DNA of 64,000 bases from Myxococcota bacterium (lineage in GTDB: Bacteria > Myxococcota_A > UBA9160 > UBA6930), in NCBI GenBank assembly GCA_028285625.1, contig JANQOX010000019.1:80538-144537 (forward strand), written 5' to 3'. The notes under the pieces were generated by a model. The model saw nothing but the letters and a program-made list of their open reading frames with translations, did no database searches and was not told where the DNA came from. Both the position numbers and the translations under genes were made by a program. The first letter of the stretch is position 1, and each line of letters begins with the position of its first letter. Below, one piece after another: positions 28,737 to 38,041 of this stretch.

Positions 28737-29420
28737 CTAGTGCAGCGGTGCGCGGTCTCCCGTGTCGCCGGTGACGCCGCCGCAGGCGCGCAGCTGCTCG
28801 CCCAGCGCTTCGGCTCGCACGCGTCGGCGCTCACGCTTGCCGTCGGTGTCGCACAGGCGGTCGAGCACCTCGCGACCCCAGGCGATGTGGCGCTGGGTCT
28901 TGCGCACGATGTCGTCGAGGATCTCGATGGTGGGCGCGTCGCAGATGGTGTCCGTCTCGCGCATGTGGCGTTCGTAGACCAGCACCAGGTGCGGCTTCAG
29001 CACGTCGATGAGACCCGCGAGCTTCTCGATCGTCTGGTCCGGGCGCTCGGGGTCGGCGATGGCCTGGATGAATCCGGCGAAGCCTTCGTTCGGCGATTCG
29101 GACGAGTTGACCGCCTTGCGCCCGCAGCGAAGCTCGGGCAGCCGCTTGCCGAGCTCGTCGGCCGCCTTGGCGTCCTCCCAGATCAGCTTGCCGAGACCCG
29201 TCTTGACCGGCACCTCGGGCACCGTGGCGAGCCAACCGCCCATGGTGAGCATCATCCACTCCTGGGCATAGCGGAAGTTCCGCACGCGGCGGGCGGTCGC
29301 CTCGACGTCGTAGCGCCCATGCAGCTCGCGCAGGTCGGCCGGGATGTCGAAGGCCGAGTAGGGGTCGAAGGTGGTCTTCTCTTCGGGGCCATAGCCCGGA
29401 TACATGCGGCCTTCGCTCAT
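28737..29420 (-). CDS. Hypothetical protein, degenerate ferritin-like helical fold
   Basis: GGWLATVPE..K..LGK..WEDAKAAD (ExxH His lost); ATGA overlap with upstream ferritin-like gene. Confidence 0.55.
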   Translation of the reverse strand: MSEGRMYPGYGPEEKTTFDPYSAFDIPADLRELHGRYDVEATARRVRNFRYAQEWMMLTMGGWLATVPEVPVKTGLGKLIWEDAKAADELGKRLPELRCGRKAVNSSESPNEGFAGFIQAIADPERPDQTIEKLAGLIDVLKPHLVLVYERHMRETDTICDAPTIEILDDIVRKTQRHIAWGREVLDRLCDTDGKRERRRVRAEALGEQLRACGGVTGDTGDRAPLH

Positions 29421-30367
29421 CGGGTGGCCTCCTGCTCGCGACGCGCGAGATGGCGCTCACGAAGAATGCGCGCGGCTTCGGAGAGGGTCTCCCGCGAGGG
29501 GCCCTCGCCCGAGACCTGGGTCAATTCCTGCAGCTCTTCTTCGGTGAAGCCCGCTTCGACGCGGTCGTCCCAGGCGATCGGGATGGCCGCATCCTCGCGG
29601 TCTGAACGCGCCCCCCCGAAGCTGAACTGCTTGTCCACCTCGCGGCGGAAGTCCTGCGCGGCCTTGTAGCGGTCGGGATCGTCCTTGGTGAAGGCCTTCA
29701 CCCAGTCGCTGCCGAACCGGACGTGCGTGAGTTCGTCGGCGAGCACGTAGTCCACCGCCTGCGTCATCACCTGGTCCTCGCTGGCTTCGCCGTAGCGGAT
29801 CATGTCGCGAAAGACGTCACAGGCGAGGCCTTCGAGGCCGCGGTTCACGCCGGCCACGCGCAGGGCCGGATCGTCGGCACAGGCGCACTCGAACAGGAAG
29901 GTGCTCTCGGGGAACATCCCCACCTCGCCGCCCGTGTGCTCGAGCAGCTTCTCGAAGATCTGCACGTGCCGCGCCTCGTCCCAGCACTGCCGGGCCATGT
30001 TCATCTTGAACTCCCACGGCGCATCGGGAAAGTCCCAGAGCGAACGGCCCGCGCCCTCGAGCGCCTGGAGCTCGCCCACGAAGATGCCGTGCATGCGCAG
30101 CTTGAGGCGGGTCACCGCCGCCGGGTCGTTGGGCCGGAGGGGTTCGTTCAGCGTGACCAGGGCGAAGGCCGGACCGTAGGCCTCGAACAGGGGCTCGGCC
30201 GCCGTGCCCTTCACCTGGGCCTCGATGGCCGGCGCGAACTTCTCGAACGCGTCGACGACCTGGTCCACGTCGTCCGGCAACGCCGCGAGGATCGTCGCCT
30301 GGGCGTTGTCCTGGCGCACGAAGCGGCTGTCTCGTGCGAGTTCGTGGGGCTCGATGAATCGCTTCAC
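29417..30367 (-). CDS. Ferritin-like diiron protein (DUF455-like)
   Basis: ELQALE, WDEARH, LEGLACD, DELTHV form a complete diiron ligand set; GGAGG RBS. Confidence 0.7.
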   Translation of the reverse strand: MKRFIEPHELARDSRFVRQDNAQATILAALPDDVDQVVDAFEKFAPAIEAQVKGTAAEPLFEAYGPAFALVTLNEPLRPNDPAAVTRLKLRMHGIFVGELQALEGAGRSLWDFPDAPWEFKMNMARQCWDEARHVQIFEKLLEHTGGEVGMFPESTFLFECACADDPALRVAGVNRGLEGLACDVFRDMIRYGEASEDQVMTQAVDYVLADELTHVRFGSDWVKAFTKDDPDRYKAAQDFRREVDKQFSFGGARSDREDAAIPIAWDDRVEAGFTEEELQELTQVSGEGPSRETLSEAARILRERHLARREQEATR

Positions 30368-30504
30368 GGTGGGTCCTCCATGGGTCGGGGGCGCGACGAT
30401 CGATGGTACGCGGGCTCCCGCCCCCGTGCACGAGCCCCGGCGGTCGACTCGGTGCTACAGAAGATGGCCCCGGCCCGCCCGGGCCACCCCAGCCAGGAGC
30501 CGAC

Positions 30505-30918
30505 GTGCCCAGCCGACCCGTTCCCCAGCCCACGCCCGAGACCCAGCACTTCTGGGACGGCACCCGCGCGGGCGAGCTGCGCCTGCAGCGCTGCCTCGAC
30601 TGCGGGGCGATCTACTTCCCGCCGCGCCCGTTCTGTCCCGCCTGCTCCTCGGGCGACGTGGAGGTCTTCGCCGCCAGCGGCCGCGCGCGCCTGGCGAGCT
30701 TCGTGATCAACCACCGCCCGGCGCCGGGCTTCGAGGCGCCCTACGTGATCGCCCTGGTGGACCTGGAAGAGGGCCCGCGCATGATGACCAACCTGGTGGG
30801 CGTCGACCCCGTCCCCGAGGCGCTGTCGGTCGACATGCCGCTCGAGGTCGTGTTCGAAGCCGTGTCGGACGAGATCCAGCTGCCGCTGTTCCGCCCGGCC
30901 GGGGGGAGCGCGTCGTGA
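30505..30918 (+). CDS. Zn-ribbon/OB-fold (DUF35, ChsH2-like) protein
   Basis: FWDG, CLDC...CPAC, VDLEEGPRM, LPLFRP; coupled to thiolase. Confidence 0.85.
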   Translation: MPSRPVPQPTPETQHFWDGTRAGELRLQRCLDCGAIYFPPRPFCPACSSGDVEVFAASGRARLASFVINHRPAPGFEAPYVIALVDLEEGPRMMTNLVGVDPVPEALSVDMPLEVVFEAVSDEIQLPLFRPAGGSAS

Positions 30919-32054
30919 ACGAAGCCATCGCGATCGTGGGCGCCGCCGAGACCACCGACCTCGGCAAGATCCCGCACATGTCCCAGATCCAGCTGCACGC
31001 CGACGCCGCCCGCAACACCCTCGCCGACTGCGGCCTCGGGCCGGGCGACATCGACGGCATCGCCACGGCCGGCGAGTCGCCCGTGAACCTCGCGCACTAC
31101 CTGGGCATCACACCCGCCTGGGTCGACGGCACCTCGGTGGGCGGCTGTTCGTTCATGGTCCACGTGCGCCACGCCGCCGCGGCGCTGCGCGCAGGCCTTT
31201 GCAAGACCGTGCTCATCACCCATGGCGAGAGCGGCCGCTCGCGCGTGGGGCGCGGGGGCTTCGCCCGACCGGCCGCCTCGCTGTCGGGCCAGTTCGAGAT
31301 GCCCTTCGGGCCCGTGGGACCGCCCACGCTCTTCACCCTTCCGGTGATGCGGTACCTGCACACCTACGGCGTCACCGAGGAGCAGCTGGCCCAGGTCGCC
31401 GTGGTGCAGCGCGACTGGGCCGGGCGCAACCCGCGGGCCTACATGCGCGACCCCATCAGCGTCGACGACGTGCTGGGCTCCACCATGATCGCGTGGCCGT
31501 TTCGCAAGCTGATGTGCTGCCTGGTGACCGACGGGGGCGGCGCCCTCGTACTCACCACGGCCGACCGCGCGCGCGACCTGCGGCGCCCGCCGGTCTGGGT
31601 GCTCGGAACCGGCGAGGCGGTCGAGACCCCCATGGTGAGCCAGATGGAAGACCTCACCTCTTCGAAGGCCTTCCGGCTGGCGAGCGCCCAGGCCTTCGGC
31701 GAGGCCGGCATCGGCCCGCGCGACGTCGACCACCTGATGATCTACGACGCCTTCGCCCACCTGCCGCTCTACGGCCTCGAAGACCTGGGCTTCGTGGGGC
31801 GCGGCGAGGCGGCCGCATTCATCGGCGACGGCCACACCGCCCCCGGCGGCCGGCTGCCGCTCAACACCAACGGAGGCGGCCTCAGCTACGCGCACTCGGG
31901 CATGTACGGCATGTACGCGCTGCAGGAGAGCGTGCGCCAGATGCGCGGCGTGGCGCCCGCCCAGATCGAGGGCGCGAACCTCTCGGTGGCCCACGGCGTG
32001 GGCGGCATGTTCGCCGCGAGCGGCACGGTGGTGATGTCGCGCGAGCTTCCGTAG
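30915..32054 (+). CDS. Thiolase-superfamily protein (SCP-x/Ltp2-like)
   Basis: VGGCS, CCLVTDGGGA, IYDAFAH, NTNGGGLSYAH. Confidence 0.85.
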   Translation: MNEAIAIVGAAETTDLGKIPHMSQIQLHADAARNTLADCGLGPGDIDGIATAGESPVNLAHYLGITPAWVDGTSVGGCSFMVHVRHAAAALRAGLCKTVLITHGESGRSRVGRGGFARPAASLSGQFEMPFGPVGPPTLFTLPVMRYLHTYGVTEEQLAQVAVVQRDWAGRNPRAYMRDPISVDDVLGSTMIAWPFRKLMCCLVTDGGGALVLTTADRARDLRRPPVWVLGTGEAVETPMVSQMEDLTSSKAFRLASAQAFGEAGIGPRDVDHLMIYDAFAHLPLYGLEDLGFVGRGEAAAFIGDGHTAPGGRLPLNTNGGGLSYAHSGMYGMYALQESVRQMRGVAPAQIEGANLSVAHGVGGMFAASGTVVMSRELP

Positions 32055-32091
32055 CTCGCGCGAGCTTCCGGAACGACACGCAGGAGCACCC

Positions 32092-32949
32092 ATGGGCAGA
32101 CTCGACGGCAAGGTGGCGTGGGTGACCGGGGCGAGCCGAGGCATCGGCGAGGCCATCGCGCGCGGCTTCGCCGCCGAAGGGGCGCGGGTGGCCTGCAGCG
32201 CGCGCACCCTGCGCGAGGGCGACCACAAGCTCTTTGCGGGCTCGCTCGAAGCCACCGTCGACGCCATCCGAGCGGACGGGGGCCAGGCCGCGGCGATCCC
32301 CTGCGACGTCTCCCGCTACGAGTTCTGCGAGCAGGCGCTGGCCGCCGTGCACGCCGAACTCGGGCCGGTCGACGTACTCGTGAACAACGCCGCGCTCACC
32401 TACTTCGTGCCCGTCGCGAAATACGAGATCACCAAGTGGCACCGCTCGCTCGACGTCAACTTCAACGCGCCGTTCTACCTGTCGAAGCTGGCGCTGGGCG
32501 ACATGATCCCGGGTGGCGGCGGCGCCATCGTCAACATCTCGAGCGGCGCCGCCATCGGCCCCGGGCGCGGCCCCTACGACGAGGCGGCCCAGCGCCTGCT
32601 GCGCGGCAGCGTGCTCTACGGCGCCGAGAAGGCCGCACTCGAACGCTTCACCCAGGGTCTCGCCGCCGAGGTGCAGGCCCATGGCGTCTCGGTCACCTGT
32701 GTGAGCCCGAGCAAGGTCGTGCCGACGCCCGGCACCGTGCACCACCGGTTGGTGGATGGCATGGACGATCCCCGCGGCGAGCCGCCCACGGTGATGGCGC
32801 AGGCGGCGCTCCTGCTGGCGAGCGAACCCCTCGAGCGGGTCACCGGTCGCGTGACCTACAGCCAGGAGATCCTGCGCGAGTTCGGCTGGATCGAAGACGC
32901 CGGCGGGCTCGGCGTCGACCGCCCCGGCTCGGGATACGCCCAGACCTAG
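32092..32949 (+). CDS. Short-chain dehydrogenase/reductase
   Basis: TGASRGIG, NNAA, YGAEK (YxxxK). Confidence 0.9.
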   Translation: MGRLDGKVAWVTGASRGIGEAIARGFAAEGARVACSARTLREGDHKLFAGSLEATVDAIRADGGQAAAIPCDVSRYEFCEQALAAVHAELGPVDVLVNNAALTYFVPVAKYEITKWHRSLDVNFNAPFYLSKLALGDMIPGGGGAIVNISSGAAIGPGRGPYDEAAQRLLRGSVLYGAEKAALERFTQGLAAEVQAHGVSVTCVSPSKVVPTPGTVHHRLVDGMDDPRGEPPTVMAQAALLLASEPLERVTGRVTYSQEILREFGWIEDAGGLGVDRPGSGYAQT

Positions 32950-32971
32950 GCCGGGTCGCGCGCCGAAGCCG

Positions 32972-34465
32972 CTAGGAGGCCGGCGCGGCAGCCAGCGCGG
33001 GCGGTTGCCCGTTGACCTCGCCGCCCGGGGTGCGCCCCCAGATCTCCGGCGGCGGACCGGCCGGCAGCCCCGCGCGCTCGCGCAGCGCCGCGAACGAGTC
33101 GGCCAGCGCCGCCGTGAAGTCCTCGACGTCGGGCACGAGGTCGTAGTCGGCGTTGATGCCCCAGTGGAGCGTGCCGTCGTAGGACAGCAGCGCGATCCCG
33201 AGGCCCATGTAGTCCACCAGCGGCACGTGCGGGAAGGTCTCGAGGAGCCGCGCGCCCAGCAGATACATGGGTACCTGCGGGCCCGGCACGTTCGTGCACA
33301 CCGCATTCGCCGGGAGCAGGCGTGTGGCGTTGCGCGCACCCAGCGCCATCAACGTGGCGGGGGTCCACTCGGCGGCCTGGGTCAGGACCTCGGCACCGAT
33401 CGCCGATCGCGACTCCTTGAGCTCCTGGGTGGCCGCTTGGATGCGGTCGAGCTGCTGCGCCGGGTCCGACTCGTCGAGGGGCAGCGGCACCATCCATGCG
33501 GATACGCGGTTGCCCAACGCACCGGACTCGTCGGCGGCTCGAACGCTCACCGGTGTCATGACGCGGAAGTCGAGGTCGTCGACGCGCACGCCGCGGTCGG
33601 TGAGGAAGCGCCGGAACGCACCGGTCACCACGGTGAGCACCACGTCGTTGAGGCTTCCGCCGAGAACCTGGCGCACCTCCTTCACGGCCTTGATCTCGGT
33701 CTTGCACCAGTCCCAGCGGCGGTGCGGCCCGATCGGCTCGTTGATGGGGGTATCCGAGGCCGAACGCAGGTTGGTGAGCGTCTCGCCCACCGCGCGCGCC
33801 CGTACGCTGAGCTCGCGGCGAACGTCGGTCGCCTCGCGCGCGAAGTGCGAGAAGTCGCGCACCGCCCGCAGCGGCAGGGTGATGCGACGGGTGATCTCGT
33901 CCCGCAGCAGCTCGAGCGGCGTGGGCTGCGGGCGCGGCACATAGGCCGGCGGGTCGGGCAGCGTGACCTCGGACTCGGTGGACAGCAGGATCTGGAGCAG
34001 GTCCACCCCCGAAACGCCGTCGATCATGCAGTGGTGCACCTTCGAGATCAGCGCGAAGCGGTTGCCCGAGAGGCCCTCCACCACCCAGCTCTCCCAGAGC
34101 GGGCGATCGCGGTCGAGGTGCTGCTGCATGATGCGCGCGGCGAGTTTCTTGAGCTGGGCGTCGCTGCCCGGCTTGGGCAAGGCCGTATGGCGCAGGTGGT
34201 AGTCGATCTCGAAGTCGTGGTCGTCGACCCAGACCGGCGTTCCCTCGACGGGCGTCCAGCGCAGCACCTGTCGGTAGCGGGGGATGCGATGCAGCAGCCG
34301 CTCGTGCGCGTCACGGATGGCCTCGAAATCGATGCCTCCATCGTCGCGCCGCAGCGGCCCGGCCTCGAACACCTGGGTCGAGCCCACGTGGGTGTACTGG
34401 TTGGGCTTCTCGAGGATCAGGAACGAGTTGTCGAGGGCGGTCAGTCGGTCGTAGTGGGCGGGCAT
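32972..34465 (-). CDS. Wax ester synthase/diacylglycerol acyltransferase
   Basis: LTALDNSFL, LDRDRPLWE, HHCMIDG (HHxxxDG), TNVPGP. Confidence 0.92.
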   Translation of the reverse strand: MPAHYDRLTALDNSFLILEKPNQYTHVGSTQVFEAGPLRRDDGGIDFEAIRDAHERLLHRIPRYRQVLRWTPVEGTPVWVDDHDFEIDYHLRHTALPKPGSDAQLKKLAARIMQQHLDRDRPLWESWVVEGLSGNRFALISKVHHCMIDGVSGVDLLQILLSTESEVTLPDPPAYVPRPQPTPLELLRDEITRRITLPLRAVRDFSHFAREATDVRRELSVRARAVGETLTNLRSASDTPINEPIGPHRRWDWCKTEIKAVKEVRQVLGGSLNDVVLTVVTGAFRRFLTDRGVRVDDLDFRVMTPVSVRAADESGALGNRVSAWMVPLPLDESDPAQQLDRIQAATQELKESRSAIGAEVLTQAAEWTPATLMALGARNATRLLPANAVCTNVPGPQVPMYLLGARLLETFPHVPLVDYMGLGIALLSYDGTLHWGINADYDLVPDVEDFTAALADSFAALRERAGLPAGPPPEIWGRTPGGEVNGQPPALAAAPAS

Positions 34466-34470
34466 TGGGG

Positions 34471-35118
34471 TCACTCCGGGATTCGCAGCTCGCCGAGCGA
34501 GGCGGCGAGCACGGTTCGTCCGATCTTGCGCAGGCGCTCTTCGTCGAGGCCGCGCAGCTTCATCTGTACGTGCATGAGCGCACTTCCGATGTGGAAGCGC
34601 GCGGCGAGGTCGGCATCGACGTCCGCCGCGATGGTGCCTTCGGCCTGGCCGCGCTCGATCGTGCGCCGGTGGTTCGCGATCAGCTGGTCGTTGAAGGCCT
34701 CGTAGCGTGGCCAGATGCCGTTGCGATAGGCCGTGCTCCAGTCGAGCCACACGCGCGTGTGGTCGGGATGGCTCTCGAGCGAGTCCAGGAAGGCGCTGCC
34801 GTGGCGGCGGATCACCTCTCGGGCCGGCTGCTCCGGGGTGTGGATGCGCTCGGCCATGCCCAGATAGAAGCGCTCGACCTCATCGAGGACGGCGTCCACC
34901 AGGGCTTCGCGGTTCGGGAAGTAGAGGAAGGCCGTCGAGACGGCGACGCCGGCTTCTTCGGCCACCTCGGCATGGGCGGCACGGCCGAGGCCCCGCCGCG
35001 CGAACACCCGAAGCGCGCACGCGAGAAGCTGGGCGCGCCGCTCGGCGGGGGGCAGCCGCTTCGAACGCGTGGTCCGCCGCGGAGGCGCTCCGCCCTGTTC
35101 CGGAGCCCCGGCGCTCAC
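34471..35118 (-). CDS. TetR-family regulator, Vibrio LuxR/HapR/SmcR-like
   Basis: ALRVFARRGLGRAAHAEVAEEAGVAVSTAFLYFPNREALVDAVL and VWLDWSTAYRNGIWP; GTG start overlaps upstream stop (GTGA). Confidence 0.85.
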   Translation of the reverse strand: MSAGAPEQGGAPPRRTTRSKRLPPAERRAQLLACALRVFARRGLGRAAHAEVAEEAGVAVSTAFLYFPNREALVDAVLDEVERFYLGMAERIHTPEQPAREVIRRHGSAFLDSLESHPDHTRVWLDWSTAYRNGIWPRYEAFNDQLIANHRRTIERGQAEGTIAADVDADLAARFHIGSALMHVQMKLRGLDEERLRKIGRTVLAASLGELRIPE

Positions 35119-36515
35119 AGGACGGCGAGAACCTCGTCGACGCTCTTCACCATGCACTCCCGCAGCAGCGCCGGGTCGGAGACCGCCGCCGGGTCGGTCG
35201 CGATGCCGATGCCGACGGTGCCGTCATAGCTGAAGGCCGTCACGTTGATCGCAGAACCGGCCAGGGGGCCGAAGCCGAAGATCTGCTCGACCTTGGCACC
35301 CGAGAGGTAGACCTCGAACTGCGGGCCGGGCACGTTGCTGGTGACGAAGTCGATGGCCTTGAGCATGCCGCCGGCGACGCCGACCCGGGTGTTGCCGGGC
35401 AGCTGGTTCAGCAGCGCCGAGACGGGCTCGAGTAGCCCGTTGGCGGGCTCCTTGCGCTGGGCCCGCACCCGCGCACCGATCTCGCGCATGCGCTCGGCGG
35501 GGTCGGCGATGTCCATGGGCACCACGAAGCGGGCGGGTGCGAACTGGTTGCCCGCGTGGTTCGCCCGTTCGCCGTCACGCATGTTGATGGGCATCGTCAT
35601 GCGCAGGCCGTCGATCTCGTGGCCCAGGTGCTCGTGGTAGCGGCGCAGCCCCCCGGCGATCGCAGCGACGAAGGCGTCGTTCACCGTCCCACCTACGGAC
35701 TTGCCGGCCCGCTTGAGCTCGGCCAGCGGCACCTCGATCTGCTCGAAGTGCACGCCCAGCGAGCGCTCTCGCATGACGGGCGACATGGGCTCGGTCACGG
35801 GCTCGAGAAAGCGCCCGACCGACGCGGCGGTATCGGCCGCTCGCCGCACCGCGGCGGCGGGGTCGCGCAGCGTCGTGGCGGCCTCGTCGACCAGGCTTCG
35901 CAGCAGCGCACCCGCGGTGTCCCGCGCCTGCCGCGCACGGTGCGCAATGGCCTCGCGGGTCTGCTCCACCGGCGAAAGCACCGGGCCCTCGGGCACCGGG
36001 ATGGGCCGCGGGGTCCGGTTCGGGTCGGGCACGCGCCAGGTCTCGACCATGCTGCTGGTCATGCTGACCATGCCCACACCGTCGGACACGGCGTGGTGCA
36101 GCTTCATGAGGAAGGCGCAGCGGCCGCCCTCGAGGCCCGTCAGCAGGTAGAGCTCCCAGAGCGGGCGGTCCTTGTCGAAGGCCTGGACGGCGATCGGCTC
36201 GAGCAGGTCGAGCACGTCGCGAAGCGTTCCCTCGCCCGGGACGCGCATGCGGCGCACGTGGTAGGCGACGTCGAAGTGCGGGTCGAACTCCCAGCGCGGG
36301 GGCGCGATGCCGAAGGGGTCTTCGACCACGCGCTGGCGCAGCCGGGGGATCTTGCGGGTCGCCCGCTCGATCTTCGCATCGAAGCGCTCCGGGTCGGGCT
36401 CACCATCGAGCACCCAGACGCCGGAGATGGTGCTGCGCAGCAGCGGGTCGCGCTCGACGGCCCAGGTGAGAGCGTCGCTGTCGCTCATCCAGTCTTCGAA
36501 TACCGTCTCGTCCAT
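35115..36515 (-). CDS. Wax ester synthase/diacylglycerol acyltransferase
   Basis: FDKDRPLWE, HHAVSDG, GTVNDAF, SNVPGP. Confidence 0.92.
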   Translation of the reverse strand: MDETVFEDWMSDSDALTWAVERDPLLRSTISGVWVLDGEPDPERFDAKIERATRKIPRLRQRVVEDPFGIAPPRWEFDPHFDVAYHVRRMRVPGEGTLRDVLDLLEPIAVQAFDKDRPLWELYLLTGLEGGRCAFLMKLHHAVSDGVGMVSMTSSMVETWRVPDPNRTPRPIPVPEGPVLSPVEQTREAIAHRARQARDTAGALLRSLVDEAATTLRDPAAAVRRAADTAASVGRFLEPVTEPMSPVMRERSLGVHFEQIEVPLAELKRAGKSVGGTVNDAFVAAIAGGLRRYHEHLGHEIDGLRMTMPINMRDGERANHAGNQFAPARFVVPMDIADPAERMREIGARVRAQRKEPANGLLEPVSALLNQLPGNTRVGVAGGMLKAIDFVTSNVPGPQFEVYLSGAKVEQIFGFGPLAGSAINVTAFSYDGTVGIGIATDPAAVSDPALLRECMVKSVDEVLAVL

Positions 36516-36585
36516 GGGGGTCTCCTTGGAAGGGTTGGATCCCCCTGGGGGAATCATCTTTTGGTCAGTAGGTCGAGGGGTCGGC

Positions 36586-36646
36586 TACTGATGAATCTCT
36601 CATCAACAGATGAGGTTGTACCTCACTAATGATGGATCTGTCAACA
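36586..36646 (-). promoter_or_regulatory. Promoter with two 20-bp operator boxes for the WS/DGAT-TetR-WS/DGAT operon
   Basis: Minus strand TTGACA (36644-36639)-18-TACAAC; boxes TACTGATGAATCTCTCATCA (36586-36605) and TAATGATGGATCTGTCAACA (36627-36646). Confidence 0.65.
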
Positions 36647-36709
36647 AGGGCGCGTGCAACGAATCCGGACCGCTCGCCCGGGCCCGCCCGTGGGCTATAC
36701 CGCCGTCCG

Positions 36710-38041
36710 ATGCGCAGCAGCAGGATCCGGCGTGGGTCGACGGCCGCCCGAGGCGTCGCGGCATTCGTGGGCTGCCTCTGGCTGGCCGCGGCCTGCGAAC
36801 CCGGGCGAGAAGCAGCGGCCCCGCCCCCCGCCAACCCCCCGGCAGCCGTCGCCGACCGCGACCCGGCCGAGGGCTCGCCTGCAGAGCTGACCGAGCACCA
36901 ACGCGAACTGCTCGAGGCGCTCGGCTACGTCTATTTCTCGCAGGACGAGCCGAGCGACGCGAGCGGCGTGGTCGTGCACGATCGCGCCAGGGCCCACCCC
37001 GGCGTGAACCTCCACTCCATCCGGTTCCTGTGTCGTGCGGAGCTTCGCGACATGGACGGCGCGCTGCTGCACGCCTGGGAGCAGAAGCCGTGCCGCTACT
37101 GGTCCACGGCCGAACTCCTGCCCGGGGGCGACCTGCTGGTCACGGGCATGGATCCGACGAGCGCGGCCGACGACTACGACCCCGCCGCCATGTTCCTGAT
37201 GCGCCTCGCCCCCGACGGCAGCGTGCGCTTCAAGCGCGCGATCACCGCCCACCACGACGCGAGTCTCACGCCCTCGGGCGAGATCTTGACGATCGCCCTG
37301 CACAACCGGCCGGCGCGGCGGCTCTTTCCGCACGCCCTGGTCGAAGACGAGCGACTCACCCTGCTCTCGGGGGATGGCGAGGAGATCGTCGCCGAGACTT
37401 CGGTGCTCGACGCCATCCTGCGGCCGGGCTCGACGTTCCCGATCCGCAAGATCCGCCCCCGCAAGATCGCAGGCGAGCTCGTGAGCCAGATGTTCCACGC
37501 CAACGCCATCGAGTGGATCGACCGGCCGGATCTCGCGGGCACGCACCCGGTCTACGCCGCCGGCAACGTGCTGACCTGCCTGCGCAACCAGGACCGCATC
37601 GTGATCCTTTCCTACGAGACGGGCGAGATCTTGTGGTCGTGGGGCCTTCGCAAGCTGGAGCTGCCCCACCACCCGACCCTGCTCGACAATGGCAACGTGC
37701 TGCTCTTCGACAACGGCACCGGCCGCAAGTGGTCGCGCGTGCTCGAGGTGGACCCGCGCACCGACGAGATCGTCTGGTCCTACCAGGCCGATCCGCCCGA
37801 GTCGTTCTTCTCGGCGAACCGCGGCTCCAACGAGCGGCTCCCGAACGGCAACACCTTGATCGCCGACTCGGACAGCGGCCGCGCCTTCGAGGTGACGCCC
37901 GAGGGCGAGACGGTGTGGGAGTTCTTCGCTCCGCAGGTCGACGCCGAGGGCCGCCGCGCCACCATCGAACGCATCAAGCGCTACGACCCCGCCGACCTTC
38001 CGTGGCTGGCCGTACCCGGCGCGGCGACCGCGACCGACTAG
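36710..38041 (+). CDS. Arylsulfotransferase (ASST)-like beta-propeller lipoprotein
   Basis: Lipobox LAAA-C; AHHDA, FHANAI, LFDNG, RLPNGNTLI. Confidence 0.7.
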   Translation: MRSSRIRRGSTAARGVAAFVGCLWLAAACEPGREAAAPPPANPPAAVADRDPAEGSPAELTEHQRELLEALGYVYFSQDEPSDASGVVVHDRARAHPGVNLHSIRFLCRAELRDMDGALLHAWEQKPCRYWSTAELLPGGDLLVTGMDPTSAADDYDPAAMFLMRLAPDGSVRFKRAITAHHDASLTPSGEILTIALHNRPARRLFPHALVEDERLTLLSGDGEEIVAETSVLDAILRPGSTFPIRKIRPRKIAGELVSQMFHANAIEWIDRPDLAGTHPVYAAGNVLTCLRNQDRIVILSYETGEILWSWGLRKLELPHHPTLLDNGNVLLFDNGTGRKWSRVLEVDPRTDEIVWSYQADPPESFFSANRGSNERLPNGNTLIADSDSGRAFEVTPEGETVWEFFAPQVDAEGRRATIERIKRYDPADLPWLAVPGAATATD

